From an uncultured Acidobacteriota bacterium (lineage in GTDB: Bacteria > Acidobacteriota > UBA6911), in contig CAWEJX010000004.1 of NCBI GenBank assembly GCA_963809485.1, positions 224,001-288,000 of the forward strand: 64,000 bases of DNA, in the 5' to 3' direction. Below the pieces are notes generated by a model. The model saw nothing but the letters and a program-made list of their open reading frames with translations, was not told the origin of the DNA and did no database searches. Positions within the stretch are counted from its first letter, which is position 1. Each line of letters opens with the position of its first letter. Position numbers and translations under genes: made by a program. Positions 10,957 through 21,260 of this stretch are shown one piece after another.

Positions 10957-11604
10957 CTATGGCGACCGGGTTACAGGATGCTGTTTCTGTGCCGCAAGCT
11001 CCCATACCACTTTGATTTTGAAATACCGGTTCATGGTGCACTCATGAAGCGCCCCAATTTCCCACTCGGCGAAAAAAGAGCGCAGGGATGAATCATCAAA
11101 GAAGCGTTTTCTGGCTCCGCTTTGCTCATAATACAGGGGCTCGATGGCAACACCTTCCCCTGCACCGTGGTTGATATCATTGACCGAGTTGAATCTGGAA
11201 AACAACCATCCGCCATCACTGAGAATCCTTCGGATTTCGGCGATGATATCCCTGGTTTCAGCCTCGGAAAAATAGTGCAGGCAGAGGTCGGCGATTACGA
11301 CCTTGGCTACGCCGTCGTCAAAAGGGAACCGGCTGCGAAGATCAAAAAGCCGCGTATCGGGATCAGGCATGAAGCAGGCAAGCCGTTTCAGTGCCGCTTC
11401 CGCAAAGTCACAGGAGATAACCGGATAACCGTGCTCCTGTAGATAAAGGGTGTTGTTTCCGGACCCGCATCCCAAATCGATAACAGGCGTTTCCCGAGAA
11501 GTGTCCAAAATCTCCCGGTACTTATCCAGCCAATCATCGCAGACCGGCCGCTTGGTTCCGTACTCCTCGAATATGCGGTTCCAGCGTTCTTGTGGGTCTT
11601 CCAA
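10957..11604 (-). CDS. Class I SAM-dependent methyltransferase
   Basis: VIDLGCGSG motif I; LCLHYF. Confidence 0.85.
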   Translation of the reverse strand: MEDPQERWNRIFEEYGTKRPVCDDWLDKYREILDTSRETPVIDLGCGSGNNTLYLQEHGYPVISCDFAEAALKRLACFMPDPDTRLFDLRSRFPFDDGVAKVVIADLCLHYFSEAETRDIIAEIRRILSDGGWLFSRFNSVNDINHGAGEGVAIEPLYYEQSGARKRFFDDSSLRSFFAEWEIGALHECTMNRYFKIKVVWELAAQKQHPVTRSP

Positions 11605-11926
11605 TGGCGGCCTGCCTGAAATGTTTAAATCATATTACATCCTTATTTTATAAGAAAATGGTCCGCTGAGTAACCAGGGCTTGCGGCCAGTCATCGGTAT
11701 TTCAATCGTGCCATCAACGATACGAGGCTGCCAATCATTTAGGGCCCAAAAAAGAAAGATTCTCTACCCCTTCCCGCCAATAATCGACCATTGGTTGCCG
11801 GAAAATCGAGGGGGACAGAAATTATGGATTCATCAGCCTGATATCGCTACAATCAACGCCTGATGGTTCATTGGTTCCATTTAGTCAAAACCTTAATGTT
11901 TTTCATTGGTCAATCGGGATTCTGCA

Positions 11927-12643
11927 ATGCTTCGGGCAGTCTTGTTTGATCTTGGGAACACGCTGGTCAGGTACTTTCGCCGGGATTCGTTCCCGCAAAT
12001 ACTTCGCGAATGCCTGCGCTGCGCAGCCGCCGCAATAAACGACAGGACCGCAGACCCCGACAGTCTTTTCGAAAAAGCCCTCGCGTCAGGCCGTGAAGCC
12101 GGCGATTTTGCCGTGCGGCGGTTGGAAGATCGCATCCTCAACTTGTTCCCGGCCCTTGATGGTACAGACGCCCTCGCCATGAGCAGGATCTGCCGGGCAT
12201 TCATGGCTCCAATTTTTGCGTGCGCCAGGATTGAAGACAATGCTCTCGAAGTTTTGGACAAACTGCGAGCCCGCGGCTTGTATACAGCGGTTGTATCGAA
12301 CACCCCCTGGGGAAGTCCTGCCGAACTCTGGCTGGAGGAGCTACAACGCCATGATCTCCTGAAAAGGCTGGACGCCGTTACGTTCTGTGTGGACGTGGGA
12401 TGGCGCAAGCCGCACCCCGCGCCGTTTCTATTTACGCTCAACAAACTGGCCATTGCGCCTTCTGACGCAGTTTTTGTGGGCGATGACCCGCGTTGGGATG
12501 TCGAAGGCGCTCTGCGCGCTGGGATTCGACCGATCCTGATCTCGGACCATCCGGTTGAAACACACAGCTGCTCCAGGATTGAACGGCTGACCTTACTTCT
12601 AAATCCGGATGTGCTTGAGCCTGACGCAAAGGCTTCGCATTAA
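11927..12643 (+). CDS. HAD-superfamily hydrolase
   Basis: FDLGNTL motif I, VVSN, RKPHP, FVGDD...DV.GA. Confidence 0.85.
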   Translation: MLRAVLFDLGNTLVRYFRRDSFPQILRECLRCAAAAINDRTADPDSLFEKALASGREAGDFAVRRLEDRILNLFPALDGTDALAMSRICRAFMAPIFACARIEDNALEVLDKLRARGLYTAVVSNTPWGSPAELWLEELQRHDLLKRLDAVTFCVDVGWRKPHPAPFLFTLNKLAIAPSDAVFVGDDPRWDVEGALRAGIRPILISDHPVETHSCSRIERLTLLLNPDVLEPDAKASH

Positions 12644-13058
12644 GGGATGGAATTCGGACACGCTGCAGACGGCCAGCATGAATTCAAGAATGCCCCGAAG
12701 GAGTCGCGCGCAATTTTTAAGACACATAATCTGCACGGTCATAAAGATGGCGCATGAATCCCATGCTGTTGTAGAATCGCCTAATCGGCGCAATGCCCTG
12801 CGATGAGCTGTCGGGATTGCGCCCCGACGCAGGCCGCTTAAAAGTCGTTTCGAGAACTGTAGGAATCAGGGTTCCAGCAGGAATGCTCTTGGGATTCGCA
12901 TGCGGTCCGATCACACGCACGAGGCTAAACGCCTTGCAGGTGCAATCCTTGTCAGCATCCGCAAGACTTTGTGTGCCATTTTCGGCACGAATCCTGGAAT
13001 GCTAGGGCTCCGGTAACCCAAAGGTTTTACGTGGCTATATTGAAAGGAGAATCTAACG

Positions 13059-13961
13059 ATGAAACGGAAAGCATGGTTTATTGCGTTGGCCTGTATGTGT
13101 GCATTTCTTGCAGTCGCATTTCTGGCGTGCACTACCGCAGATCAAACCACCGCAGACAAAGAAGTAAAAAAAGAAGCAGCGCCTGCCGTACGGCCGAATT
13201 TTGTTCCCTCCCCGGAGTTTTCGCCACCGTATCCACCGCTGCCCCACCGTTTCGGTAAAACTTACGGTCTTCAGGTTTTGTGCCAGGCACCAAAGGGGGC
13301 TATTGCCCGGGCGCTGGCCCGGCCTCTGGAACCGGTCGGCGACGCTGATCAGTTTATTCTCCTGATGGGTTGGAGTCCAAACTGTGAAGGCTATAATGTC
13401 CACGAGATCGCAATCAACGCCCCCGTCAAATGGCAAGACAAAACCGGCAACACAACGCTTATCGAATATATCGACAGCGGCATGGGGCTTATCACCGGGC
13501 GGGAGGTCTGGGGATGGCCAAAGAAAATGGCGGATATTACCTGGACACAGACCGCAACAGGCTGGACGGTCGTAGTTAATGCGATGAAAGACCAGAACAG
13601 CATTCCGCTGATGAAAATTGAATTTAAGGCTTCCAATGCCACCCCTGAGGTGAAATGGCCGGAGATGGGCCCCACGTACCTGGTTAAACGCATTGCCAAC
13701 GCTTCGCCCACGGTTCCACCTCTAACCCAGCTGGTTTGTGTTGGCTGCAATCTACCACCAAGAGACTCGAGCTCGGTTATCCCGATGGCACCTAAGGGAA
13801 CAAAGGGTATCGCCACGGTTCAATTCTTCGATGGACCCCATGATCCTTTGACCTTCTTCGGCCCTGTCAAGGTGCTTGATGCGAAGATGAGCATCAGCGA
13901 GGGTTCTCCCACAGATCCCGGGCTGGGTCTCGGAGAAGTAATCTACGAGTGGAAGGAGTAA
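13059..13961 (+). CDS. Acetoacetate decarboxylase-family protein, predicted lipoprotein
   Basis: GREVWGWPKK Schiff-base Lys motif; signal peptide with lipobox FLA-C; AGGAG RBS. Confidence 0.75.
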   Translation: MKRKAWFIALACMCAFLAVAFLACTTADQTTADKEVKKEAAPAVRPNFVPSPEFSPPYPPLPHRFGKTYGLQVLCQAPKGAIARALARPLEPVGDADQFILLMGWSPNCEGYNVHEIAINAPVKWQDKTGNTTLIEYIDSGMGLITGREVWGWPKKMADITWTQTATGWTVVVNAMKDQNSIPLMKIEFKASNATPEVKWPEMGPTYLVKRIANASPTVPPLTQLVCVGCNLPPRDSSSVIPMAPKGTKGIATVQFFDGPHDPLTFFGPVKVLDAKMSISEGSPTDPGLGLGEVIYEWKE

Positions 13962-13971
13962 TCTTCCGGAG

Positions 13972-14216
13972 TCAGGCACCTCCGGCAAAGCCGGAGGCTT
14001 GAAAGATTGGAACCGCTCAAAGCGGTTGGAGGAGTTACGCTGGTCTTGAACGCTGACTTACGCGGGCAAAAGCCGATGAGGCGCCTCATCGGCTTTTGCT
14101 CGCCGACCCTCGCCGAACAGATCGGCGTTTGTCAGCGCTTTTGTCAGCGTATCTCAGCGTTTCAAAATACGGAGATGTCAAACCCTATGAGTCCCCCGGC
14201 AGAGCCGGGGTTTGCC
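13972..14216. mobile_element. Composite non-autonomous element: IS200/IS605-like end hairpins flanking a TCAGCG repeat
   Basis: cctccggcaaagccggagg and aaccgctcaaagcggtt hairpins (13972-14027); TCAGCG repeat (14122-14162); tgtcaaaccctatgagtcccccggcagagccgggg (14176-14216); no transposase. Confidence 0.55.
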
Positions 14217-14329
14217 AATAGAATCACAAAGAACTCGCTGCCGGCAGATGGAACCAGCTCTCCTTCGCCGAACAAATGGCGAATCTCGGGAGAGGTCAAT
14301 CCTCCGCTATTGGGGATTGTTCTCAGGCA

Positions 14330-15073
14330 ATGATGAAGACCCTTCTTCGCACAAAAGGTATTGCCCACGACCTGATCGTCACCAGGAAAGGAGCGACGGT
14401 CACGCTCTGGTCTGCGGCGGGGCTTCGGCACACCGTTTTCGATATCGCGGCCCCGCATCTCCCCGGGCTGGAATATGCCCGCAATATGCTGGCGGTGCTG
14501 GCATTCTGCCCGCAAGCGCAATCCTGCCTTGTCCTGGGGCTCGGCGGAGGCTCTATCCCGCGCATGCTGCTGTCGGCGCGCCCGCAGATCGAGGTGGAAG
14601 CCGTCGAATACGATCCGGCGATCGTGGAACTGGCCGCCACATATTTTGATATCCGTGCACTGCCCCGCTTCAGAATTCACCTGGAAGACGCGGCGGCTTT
14701 CCTCAATCAATGCACATCACGCTATGCAATCGTCATAATCGACACCTATGTGGAGGAGCGGTTTCCGGATCAGTGCGCCAGCCGGGAATTCATCAGGGAT
14801 GCCAGGAAATGCCTGCTCGATGACGGCGTGCTGGCGGTCAACTGGCTGAGCGGAGACTCGCAAACACGGGAAGACCTGCTGAAGAATCTCCAGTCGATTG
14901 TAGGGCCCGTCTGGAAGCTGCCCTGCCTGAAGGCACGCAATCTTCTGTATTTCGCTTCAACCGGGAAAATTAATCGTCCTGCCATCATCGCGGCTGCGGA
15001 AGCCGTGGAAGCCGAGATCCCGTTTAAAAATACACTCGCGCGATTCGCCCAGCGCCTGCGGAATGCCGTATGA
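14330..15073 (+). CDS. Spermidine synthase-like SAM-dependent transferase
   Basis: LEYAR.M; LVLGLGGGS; VEYDP.IV; EDAAAF; IIID-like motif; GVLAVN. Confidence 0.75.
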   Translation: MMKTLLRTKGIAHDLIVTRKGATVTLWSAAGLRHTVFDIAAPHLPGLEYARNMLAVLAFCPQAQSCLVLGLGGGSIPRMLLSARPQIEVEAVEYDPAIVELAATYFDIRALPRFRIHLEDAAAFLNQCTSRYAIVIIDTYVEERFPDQCASREFIRDARKCLLDDGVLAVNWLSGDSQTREDLLKNLQSIVGPVWKLPCLKARNLLYFASTGKINRPAIIAAAEAVEAEIPFKNTLARFAQRLRNAV

Positions 15074-15077
15074 TTAC

Positions 15078-15305
15078 GGCCGGCGGGGATCCGATGACAG
15101 TCGTTATAAGGCCGACTCTGGAGACTCGTCCATAAATTTTAACGCTGACATACGCTGATAGACGCCGACGTACGCTGAAAATTTATTAATAAATGATATT
15201 TTCTCGGCATTTGACATTGATCGAGTGAGGACTGCTCTCCAGAGACTTTCTCAAAACTGCCGGTGGGAGTTTCATGACAGTCGTTTTGAGGCAGACTCTG
15301 GAGAA
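15078..15305. repeat. ~200-bp composite repeat, copy 1 (inverted copy at 33876-34087)
   Basis: Collinear match to the reverse complement of 33876-34087; contains aacgctga units and an internal direct repeat gacagtcgtt...gactctggaga. Confidence 0.75.
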
Positions 15306-15535
15306 CCATTCTCACTGAGGAATCCTTCGACCATCCTGAGCTGCATGCCGGTGCTGAAAACAGCCTCTTCGCCGAGCTCAGGGCAACATAAAAATCCCGG
15401 AATCTGGCACATGCTCGAATTATATTCAGCCAGCGGGGGAGCGCGAGCGTCTGTTTTGCAGACCACAAATTACGTAGCCTGTCTCCCTTTTATGGCTTAT
15501 AATCAGCGCAAAAATTCCAATCGTGAGGCGACAAC

Positions 15536-17815
15536 ATGGCAGATATTGCAGGCAGCAACGGACAAAGAACGGAATTCAAAGCTGTCGGTCGAGCCAATAT
15601 ACCCGGCCGGCTTTCCTATACCATAGCCACCGGAGGAGCCAAGTTCGGCAGCGATGCGGTCCTGCCGGACATGCTCCACGCCAAATACCTCAGAAGTCCT
15701 CATGGCCGGGCGAAAATAAAAAGCCTGGATATCAGCAAGGCAAAGGCGCTGGAGGGCGTGGTGGATATCGTAACCTGGGACGACCCGGATATCCTGGCAA
15801 TGAACCAGGCTATGAACAAGGCAGCGGTCAGGCCAATGGCCGGCCTCCGGCAGTCTATGATCCCCAACGAAGTGGAGACGGAGGACGAAGAGGTAGGCGT
15901 GGTTGTTGTCGCCGTAACGCCGGAAATTTGCGAAGAGGCACTCAAACTCATCAAAGTGGAATGGGAGGTGCTGCCAAGCGTTACGGACGCCTTGGATGGC
16001 TTGAAGCCCGGTGCCCCGATCATCCGACACGATCCCAAAAAGCTGGCTTCAACTTTCTCCCAGGGAGATGTTGAGGCTGGCTTCAAGGAAGCGGATCATA
16101 TAGTTGAATTCGACTGGGCCCACACCCGGACGGCTTCTCACATCCCGAATCCAAACGGCAGCGTCTCCTGGTGGGCGCAGGATCCGTGGGGAGTCGAGGG
16201 CCCAACTTTGTATATCGAAGGCATAAGTCCTACCTGGGGGGCATTTTCGCTGCGCCCCATGTACAATGTGAATTTCGACAAACTCCGCCGTCAGACCCTG
16301 TTCCAGGGGGGCAAATACTGCGATTGGGTCATCCGCCGCTCCCAGCTTATTACGCCTTTGCTGGCCAGAAGAACCGGGAAACCGGTCCGGTGCATCAACG
16401 AAAGGCAAAACGATTACTATCCTGCAAACCCGCAGCGATTTTCTCACGCGAAAATCGGGTTCAAAAAGGATGGAACGATTGTGGCGGTGGAGGAAAGCAA
16501 TATCGCGGATCAGGGATGTCCGGATGAAACCGCAATGGCCGGGAATTTCGAAGCCAGGTTCAGCCCTTTCAATACAACCCGATGCATCAATCAGAAGAGC
16601 CATTCCCAGTCTGTATTCACCAATTCGGGCCGCAATACCCTTAGCCAGACCTCTCCATTTAACTGGGACGTCATGACCGCGGCCGAGCAGATCGTGGCAG
16701 AAAAGCTTGGCATGGACGTGCTGGACGTGGCGCTCAACAATGTCCACGGACCCTCTTCTCAGACAGATCCCGGAGTGCCTCCCGGCCTTGTGGAATGCAT
16801 CGAAAAGGGCAGAAAGGCCATGAACTGGAAGTGGCATCCTGCCGGCACCAAAAAGCTCCCGGACGGCAGAATGCACGGCCTGGCATTCCGATACGCCATG
16901 TCACCCAGGCACGCCTTCCAGCCGTACACCGCGACCGTGACAATTCGGGGAGACAACAAAGTGTATGTGCCGCTTAAAGGTCCCTGTGCCGGCTACTATG
17001 GAGCCGACGCCTGTGCACTGGTGGTTGCCGAGGAGTTGGGCGCAAAGCCCGAGGATGTGATTCTCGAGTATGACGAACAGGCTATATTCACTCCTGTAGG
17101 AGGAGGGAGCGACGGCACTACGGCATCGGCTTGGGTTGTTAAAGAAGCAGCCGTGGCCTGCAAGAAGCTGCTTCTGGAATTTGCCGCCCCGAAGTTTAAG
17201 GCCAAGCCCGAAGATCTGGACACAAAGGACACGACGGTTTACCTGAAGTCCGATCCAAGCAAATCCTTTCCATTCGGGAAATTCGTCGCAGAGGAAGGAT
17301 TCGGCGATCACGATTTGGATCTCACCACGACCTTCTTCGGCAGGCCGCCGGCCACTACCTGGAACCAGGCCGGGAAAGTTCTCGATGTCATGAATACGAG
17401 CTTCATGGAGGTGGCCGTAGATACGGAAACCGGCGGAGTCGAGGTAACCAAATTTGTTGTCGTCTGCGATCCGGGAAAGGTGCTCCGGATGACGTCGTTT
17501 GAAGGCCAGCTGCACCAGGCAATGTTCTTCAGCCAGGGGGGGCTCTCGGAAGAGTTTATTTACGACAAGGCGACGGGCGTAAAACTCAATACGAACATGT
17601 TCGAATACAAGAAGCCCACGATCGTGGATTTCGGGCCGATCGAAACCTACGCCGTCGAGACTCGAAGCGGGAACGCCTGCTATGGCGCCTCGGGCATCAG
17701 CCATTGTATGGCCGCGCCCTTTTTCCCTGTTGCCGCCGTAGCCAACGCGATAGGGCATTGGATCGCGCCGCCCGTGACGCCGGATAAGATCCTGAAGGCC
17801 CTGGGCAAGGCTTAG
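15536..17815 (+). CDS. Xanthine dehydrogenase-family molybdopterin-binding subunit (non-canonical)
   Basis: MLHAKYLRSPHGRAKI, GDVEAGFKEAD, LARRTGKPV, EVAVDTETG, EGQLH, PVTPDKILKALGK. Confidence 0.88.
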   Translation: MADIAGSNGQRTEFKAVGRANIPGRLSYTIATGGAKFGSDAVLPDMLHAKYLRSPHGRAKIKSLDISKAKALEGVVDIVTWDDPDILAMNQAMNKAAVRPMAGLRQSMIPNEVETEDEEVGVVVVAVTPEICEEALKLIKVEWEVLPSVTDALDGLKPGAPIIRHDPKKLASTFSQGDVEAGFKEADHIVEFDWAHTRTASHIPNPNGSVSWWAQDPWGVEGPTLYIEGISPTWGAFSLRPMYNVNFDKLRRQTLFQGGKYCDWVIRRSQLITPLLARRTGKPVRCINERQNDYYPANPQRFSHAKIGFKKDGTIVAVEESNIADQGCPDETAMAGNFEARFSPFNTTRCINQKSHSQSVFTNSGRNTLSQTSPFNWDVMTAAEQIVAEKLGMDVLDVALNNVHGPSSQTDPGVPPGLVECIEKGRKAMNWKWHPAGTKKLPDGRMHGLAFRYAMSPRHAFQPYTATVTIRGDNKVYVPLKGPCAGYYGADACALVVAEELGAKPEDVILEYDEQAIFTPVGGGSDGTTASAWVVKEAAVACKKLLLEFAAPKFKAKPEDLDTKDTTVYLKSDPSKSFPFGKFVAEEGFGDHDLDLTTTFFGRPPATTWNQAGKVLDVMNTSFMEVAVDTETGGVEVTKFVVVCDPGKVLRMTSFEGQLHQAMFFSQGGLSEEFIYDKATGVKLNTNMFEYKKPTIVDFGPIETYAVETRSGNACYGASGISHCMAAPFFPVAAVANAIGHWIAPPVTPDKILKALGKA

Positions 17816-18038
17816 CCGGCCCCCGGATACGCGGATTTGGGCCAGCCCGGCCGGAGCATGACCTGTTGCATGCGCGATCCCTTATACGATGGAACAGCTG
17901 AAATATTGGCTGTTCCATCGCGCTTCAGCATCGCGCTGAAGGCGCCCTGAAAAACTGTTTCTCCAAAGCCCCATATAGTTCTTTCAGCAACCGGTTTCGT
18001 GTCTTTCGCGGTTCATGCCTTCCGGCTTTGCTGGATCC

Positions 18039-19439
18039 TTACGAGACCATCATCGGCCCGGCCCCGGAAGGCGCGAGCCGGGCGGTGAAGTGGCTCAGGT
18101 GCTCGGAGGCTTCAATCAGTTTGAGGCCGCGGATGGATCCCGAGCGCCGCGCAACGTCTGCGAACACCTCGATCACAAAGTCGATGTGGCTCTGCGTGTA
18201 GACGCGCCTCGGCACCGCAAGCCGCACGAGCTCCATCGGGGCGGGCTCAAAGATCCCGTTGCGATGCTTCCCGAACATGAGCGAACCAATCTCTACCGCG
18301 CGGATGCCGCCGGTCAGGTACAGCTCACAGACCAGAGCCTGGGCGGGATACTCCTGCGGCGGGATGTGGGGCAGCATGCGCCTGGCATCGACATAAATCC
18401 CATGCCCGCCGGGAGGCTCCACGAACGGCACGCCCGCTTTGCGCAAGCCGTCCCCGAAGTACTCGATCGATCGGATGCGGTAGCGCAGATATTCCTCGTC
18501 GAGCACCTCGCGCAGGCCGATGGCTATCGCCTCGAGGTCGCGGCCTGCAAGCCCGCCATAGGTCGAGAAACCCTCCCCGACGATCAGGGCCTCCCGGCAG
18601 CGCCTTGCGAGGTCCGCGTCATTCATCGCCAGGAATCCGCCCATGTTAACCAGGGCATCCTTCTTGGCGCTCATCATGCAGCCCTGCGCAAGCGAAAACA
18701 TCTCCCGCGCGATATCGGAAACGGGGCGGTCGGCGTAACCTTTCTCGCGCTTCTTGATGAACCACGCGTTCTCTGCAAAACGGGCGCAATCGAGGAAAAA
18801 CGGAACTCCGAACCCTCGGCAGATCTCGCTGCAGGCACGAAGATTTTGCATGGAGACCGGCTGGCCGCCGAGCGAGTTGTTGGTGACCGTCATCAGGACG
18901 AGCGGTATGCGTCCGGCTTTCGACTCGAGCGCCGCTTTTAGGGCCCTCAGGTCGATGTCTCCCTTGAAATCTCCGTATATCTCAAATTCGAGCGCTCCCG
19001 GAGCCGGGAGATCCACCGCCTCGGCGCCCGTTACCTCAATGTTTGCCCGCGTCGTATCAAAATGGGAGTTTGAGAGAAATGTTTTGTCACGTCCGCCGAT
19101 AATCGAAAACAGGATGCGCTCGGCCGCCCGGCCCTGGTGCACCGGAATGACTTCCCGGAAGCCGGTCAGTTCCCGGACGCTCTTCTCGAAGGCGTAAAAG
19201 CTTCGCGCCCCTGCGTATGCCTCGTCTCCCCGCATGATGCCGGCCCACTGCTCCGACGACATCGCCGAGGTGCCGGAGTCGGTGAGCAGGTCGATGAGGA
19301 CCTTGTCCGAGGGGATGTTAAACATGTTGTAGCCGCCGTCCTGCAGGGCTTTTTCACGCTCCGCGCGCGTTGTAAAACCGAGGGGCTCGACGCACTTGAT
19401 CTTGAAAGGCTCGATGATGGTCTTCCAGTTCCAATACAT
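18039..19439 (-). CDS. tnaA: Tryptophanase (beta-eliminating lyase)
   Basis: EPFKIK, IDLLTDSGT, HQGRAAE, MSAKKD (PLP Lys), RLAVPRRVYT; EIGS and HFTA are tryptophanase-type rather than the ERG/FFTA of tyrosine phenol-lyase. Confidence 0.8.
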   Translation of the reverse strand: MYWNWKTIIEPFKIKCVEPLGFTTRAEREKALQDGGYNMFNIPSDKVLIDLLTDSGTSAMSSEQWAGIMRGDEAYAGARSFYAFEKSVRELTGFREVIPVHQGRAAERILFSIIGGRDKTFLSNSHFDTTRANIEVTGAEAVDLPAPGALEFEIYGDFKGDIDLRALKAALESKAGRIPLVLMTVTNNSLGGQPVSMQNLRACSEICRGFGVPFFLDCARFAENAWFIKKREKGYADRPVSDIAREMFSLAQGCMMSAKKDALVNMGGFLAMNDADLARRCREALIVGEGFSTYGGLAGRDLEAIAIGLREVLDEEYLRYRIRSIEYFGDGLRKAGVPFVEPPGGHGIYVDARRMLPHIPPQEYPAQALVCELYLTGGIRAVEIGSLMFGKHRNGIFEPAPMELVRLAVPRRVYTQSHIDFVIEVFADVARRSGSIRGLKLIEASEHLSHFTARLAPSGAGPMMVS

Positions 19440-19491
19440 GGCTCCCACCTCCGGAATCCGATGCAGAATCCTGAGCCGCTGCATCGCCTCG

Positions 19492-19779
19492 CTATTCCAG
19501 CTTTTTGAGCTCGGCTTCCATTTCCGCAGCGCGTGCTTCCCGATGTGTCTTCCTCAGAAGATTCGCGCAGCCGCGGAACGTGTCGTAGGCAGACGGATAG
19601 TAGCTTCCATCCGGCTTTCGAGACACAGCCAGGGCTTTTTCGTAAAGAGCCTCCGCTTCCTTGAGGCGGCCGCCCTGCTCCGCAGCGATGTACGCATTCG
19701 GCCAGGCCCGGAACTCCTGCCCGGCAAGCCTCTGATTCAACAATGCCTCGGAGCATTTTCGATCACAGGCATTGTTCAT
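19492..19779 (-). CDS. TPR-repeat protein fragment (probably a C-terminal remnant)
   Basis: QGGRLKEAEALYEKALAV...ANLLRKTHREARAAEMEA is a TPR-like terminus. Confidence 0.5.
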   Translation of the reverse strand: MNNACDRKCSEALLNQRLAGQEFRAWPNAYIAAEQGGRLKEAEALYEKALAVSRKPDGSYYPSAYDTFRGCANLLRKTHREARAAEMEAELKKLE

Positions 19780-19965
19780 TACCGGCAGAAGCCGCCTGAA
19801 TGCTGCAGAGCCTTACGCGTCTTTGAAGTCATTATAGTCGCCGAACACCGCCATCAAAAGGAAATTGGCTTGCTTCAGAACTCGGGGAGGGAGGCCAGCA
19901 CCGCCTCAGCGGCAGCTGGACGTTGATGAATTGGATCCGCTGCATGATACTATTCAGGCCAACCC

Positions 19966-20739
19966 ATGCAGAAAGATCTGGAGTATCTTCGCGCAACCTT
20001 TAATAAAAGCGCGGAATGGTATGATCAGATACGCCCGGGGTATCCGGAAGCGCTTGCCGATGATGTAATCACCCTGTCTGCAATTCCGGAAAATGGAGAG
20101 ATACTCGAGATCGGCTGCGGGACCGGCAAGGCCACTGAGATGTTCGCCTCCCGCGGCTACGCAATGCTGTGTCTCGATATCGGGATGGACCTGGCAGCCG
20201 TCGCCGTCCGGAAATTCAGTGAGTCAGCCCAAGTTAAGATCGCGGTGAGTTCCTTTGAAGAGTGGGAATCCGGCGGCCGGCTTTTTGATCTGGTGATTGC
20301 CGCAACTTCATTTCACTGGATTGACCCGGCGATTGCCCATGCCAAGAGTGCGGCAATCCTCAAACCCAGCGGTTCGCTTGCCGTTTTCTGGAACACGGCC
20401 ATCCGCCGGGATGAGGGATTCTTCATGCGTGTTCAGGATGTCTATCGCGCATGCGCTCCGTCCCTGGTGAGCGCTGCGGCAGAGTTGGATCGATATGAGG
20501 CAGAGCCAGTGAACAGCCCGCTCTTTTGTGACCCGATCGTGCGAAGATACCAATGGACGAAAGAATACAGCGCGGAGGAATATATCGACCTGCTCGGCAC
20601 CTATTCCGACCATATCAGTCTTCCGGATTCCGAAAGAAGGGGCTTGTTTTCGGGCATCGCGGACATGATCCAGCGGGAATACGGCGGAAGAGTGGTGAAG
20701 CACTACGAATCAGTTCTAAGGCTGCTGCGCAAGAGGTAA
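19966..20739 (+). CDS. Class I SAM-dependent methyltransferase
   Basis: YDQIRPGYP; LEIGCGTGKAT; AATSFHWID. Confidence 0.88.
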   Translation: MQKDLEYLRATFNKSAEWYDQIRPGYPEALADDVITLSAIPENGEILEIGCGTGKATEMFASRGYAMLCLDIGMDLAAVAVRKFSESAQVKIAVSSFEEWESGGRLFDLVIAATSFHWIDPAIAHAKSAAILKPSGSLAVFWNTAIRRDEGFFMRVQDVYRACAPSLVSAAAELDRYEAEPVNSPLFCDPIVRRYQWTKEYSAEEYIDLLGTYSDHISLPDSERRGLFSGIADMIQREYGGRVVKHYESVLRLLRKR

Positions 20740-20787
20740 ACAACGAAGCGGCCGGCGCTTGGAAGAGCCGTCCCTATCAATTCTGGC

Positions 20788-20905
20788 ACGCTGACTTTCA
20801 CTCTAATGGTCAGCGTTCATCGGCTCTTTTTCAGCATATGTCAGCGTTATCCAATTGCAGAATTATCGAGCTCCCTAAGTCCTCCGGCAAAGCGTGGGGA
20901 TTGTC
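20788..20905. repeat. TCAGCG repeat plus degenerate IS200/IS605-like hairpin
   Basis: tcagcgttcatcggctctttttcagcatatgtcagcgtta, then taagtcctccggcaaagcgtgggg. Confidence 0.6.
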
Positions 20906-21260
20906 GGTGCATGCAAAATCTAATCATTCACATCAATATATTCCACATTGCCTTGTGGTTTCGACCATTGCCTTGACGTTTTCTATCTTTGCTTCATCCA
21001 GCGGGCAACTGTGTCCCATAATAAATCCGCCGACCTTGCAATTGACTTTGGTTTTGCCTTTGTGTCAAATAGCCCCAATCTATCTGGCGATCCATTAAGC
21101 AAATGCCGGTAATTAGCAGTCCGGGGGCGCTGCGGTCGCTTTCACGCTCTTAATTCGCCGCCACCAGCCTGCCGTACCGTTGAGCTAATGCCTTGCGACG
21201 CTTGCATTAACCCGCCGCTGTCATCAGGTCTGAACCGCCGGAATGATAGAAAGGAATCCC

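Noticed and set aside
12644-13050. Short ORFs or ncRNA between the HAD and ADC genes
   Set aside because: No recognisable motif, RBS or structure.
18039-19439. Tyrosine phenol-lyase assignment
   Set aside because: Diagnostic segments (EIGS, HFTA) match tryptophanase better.
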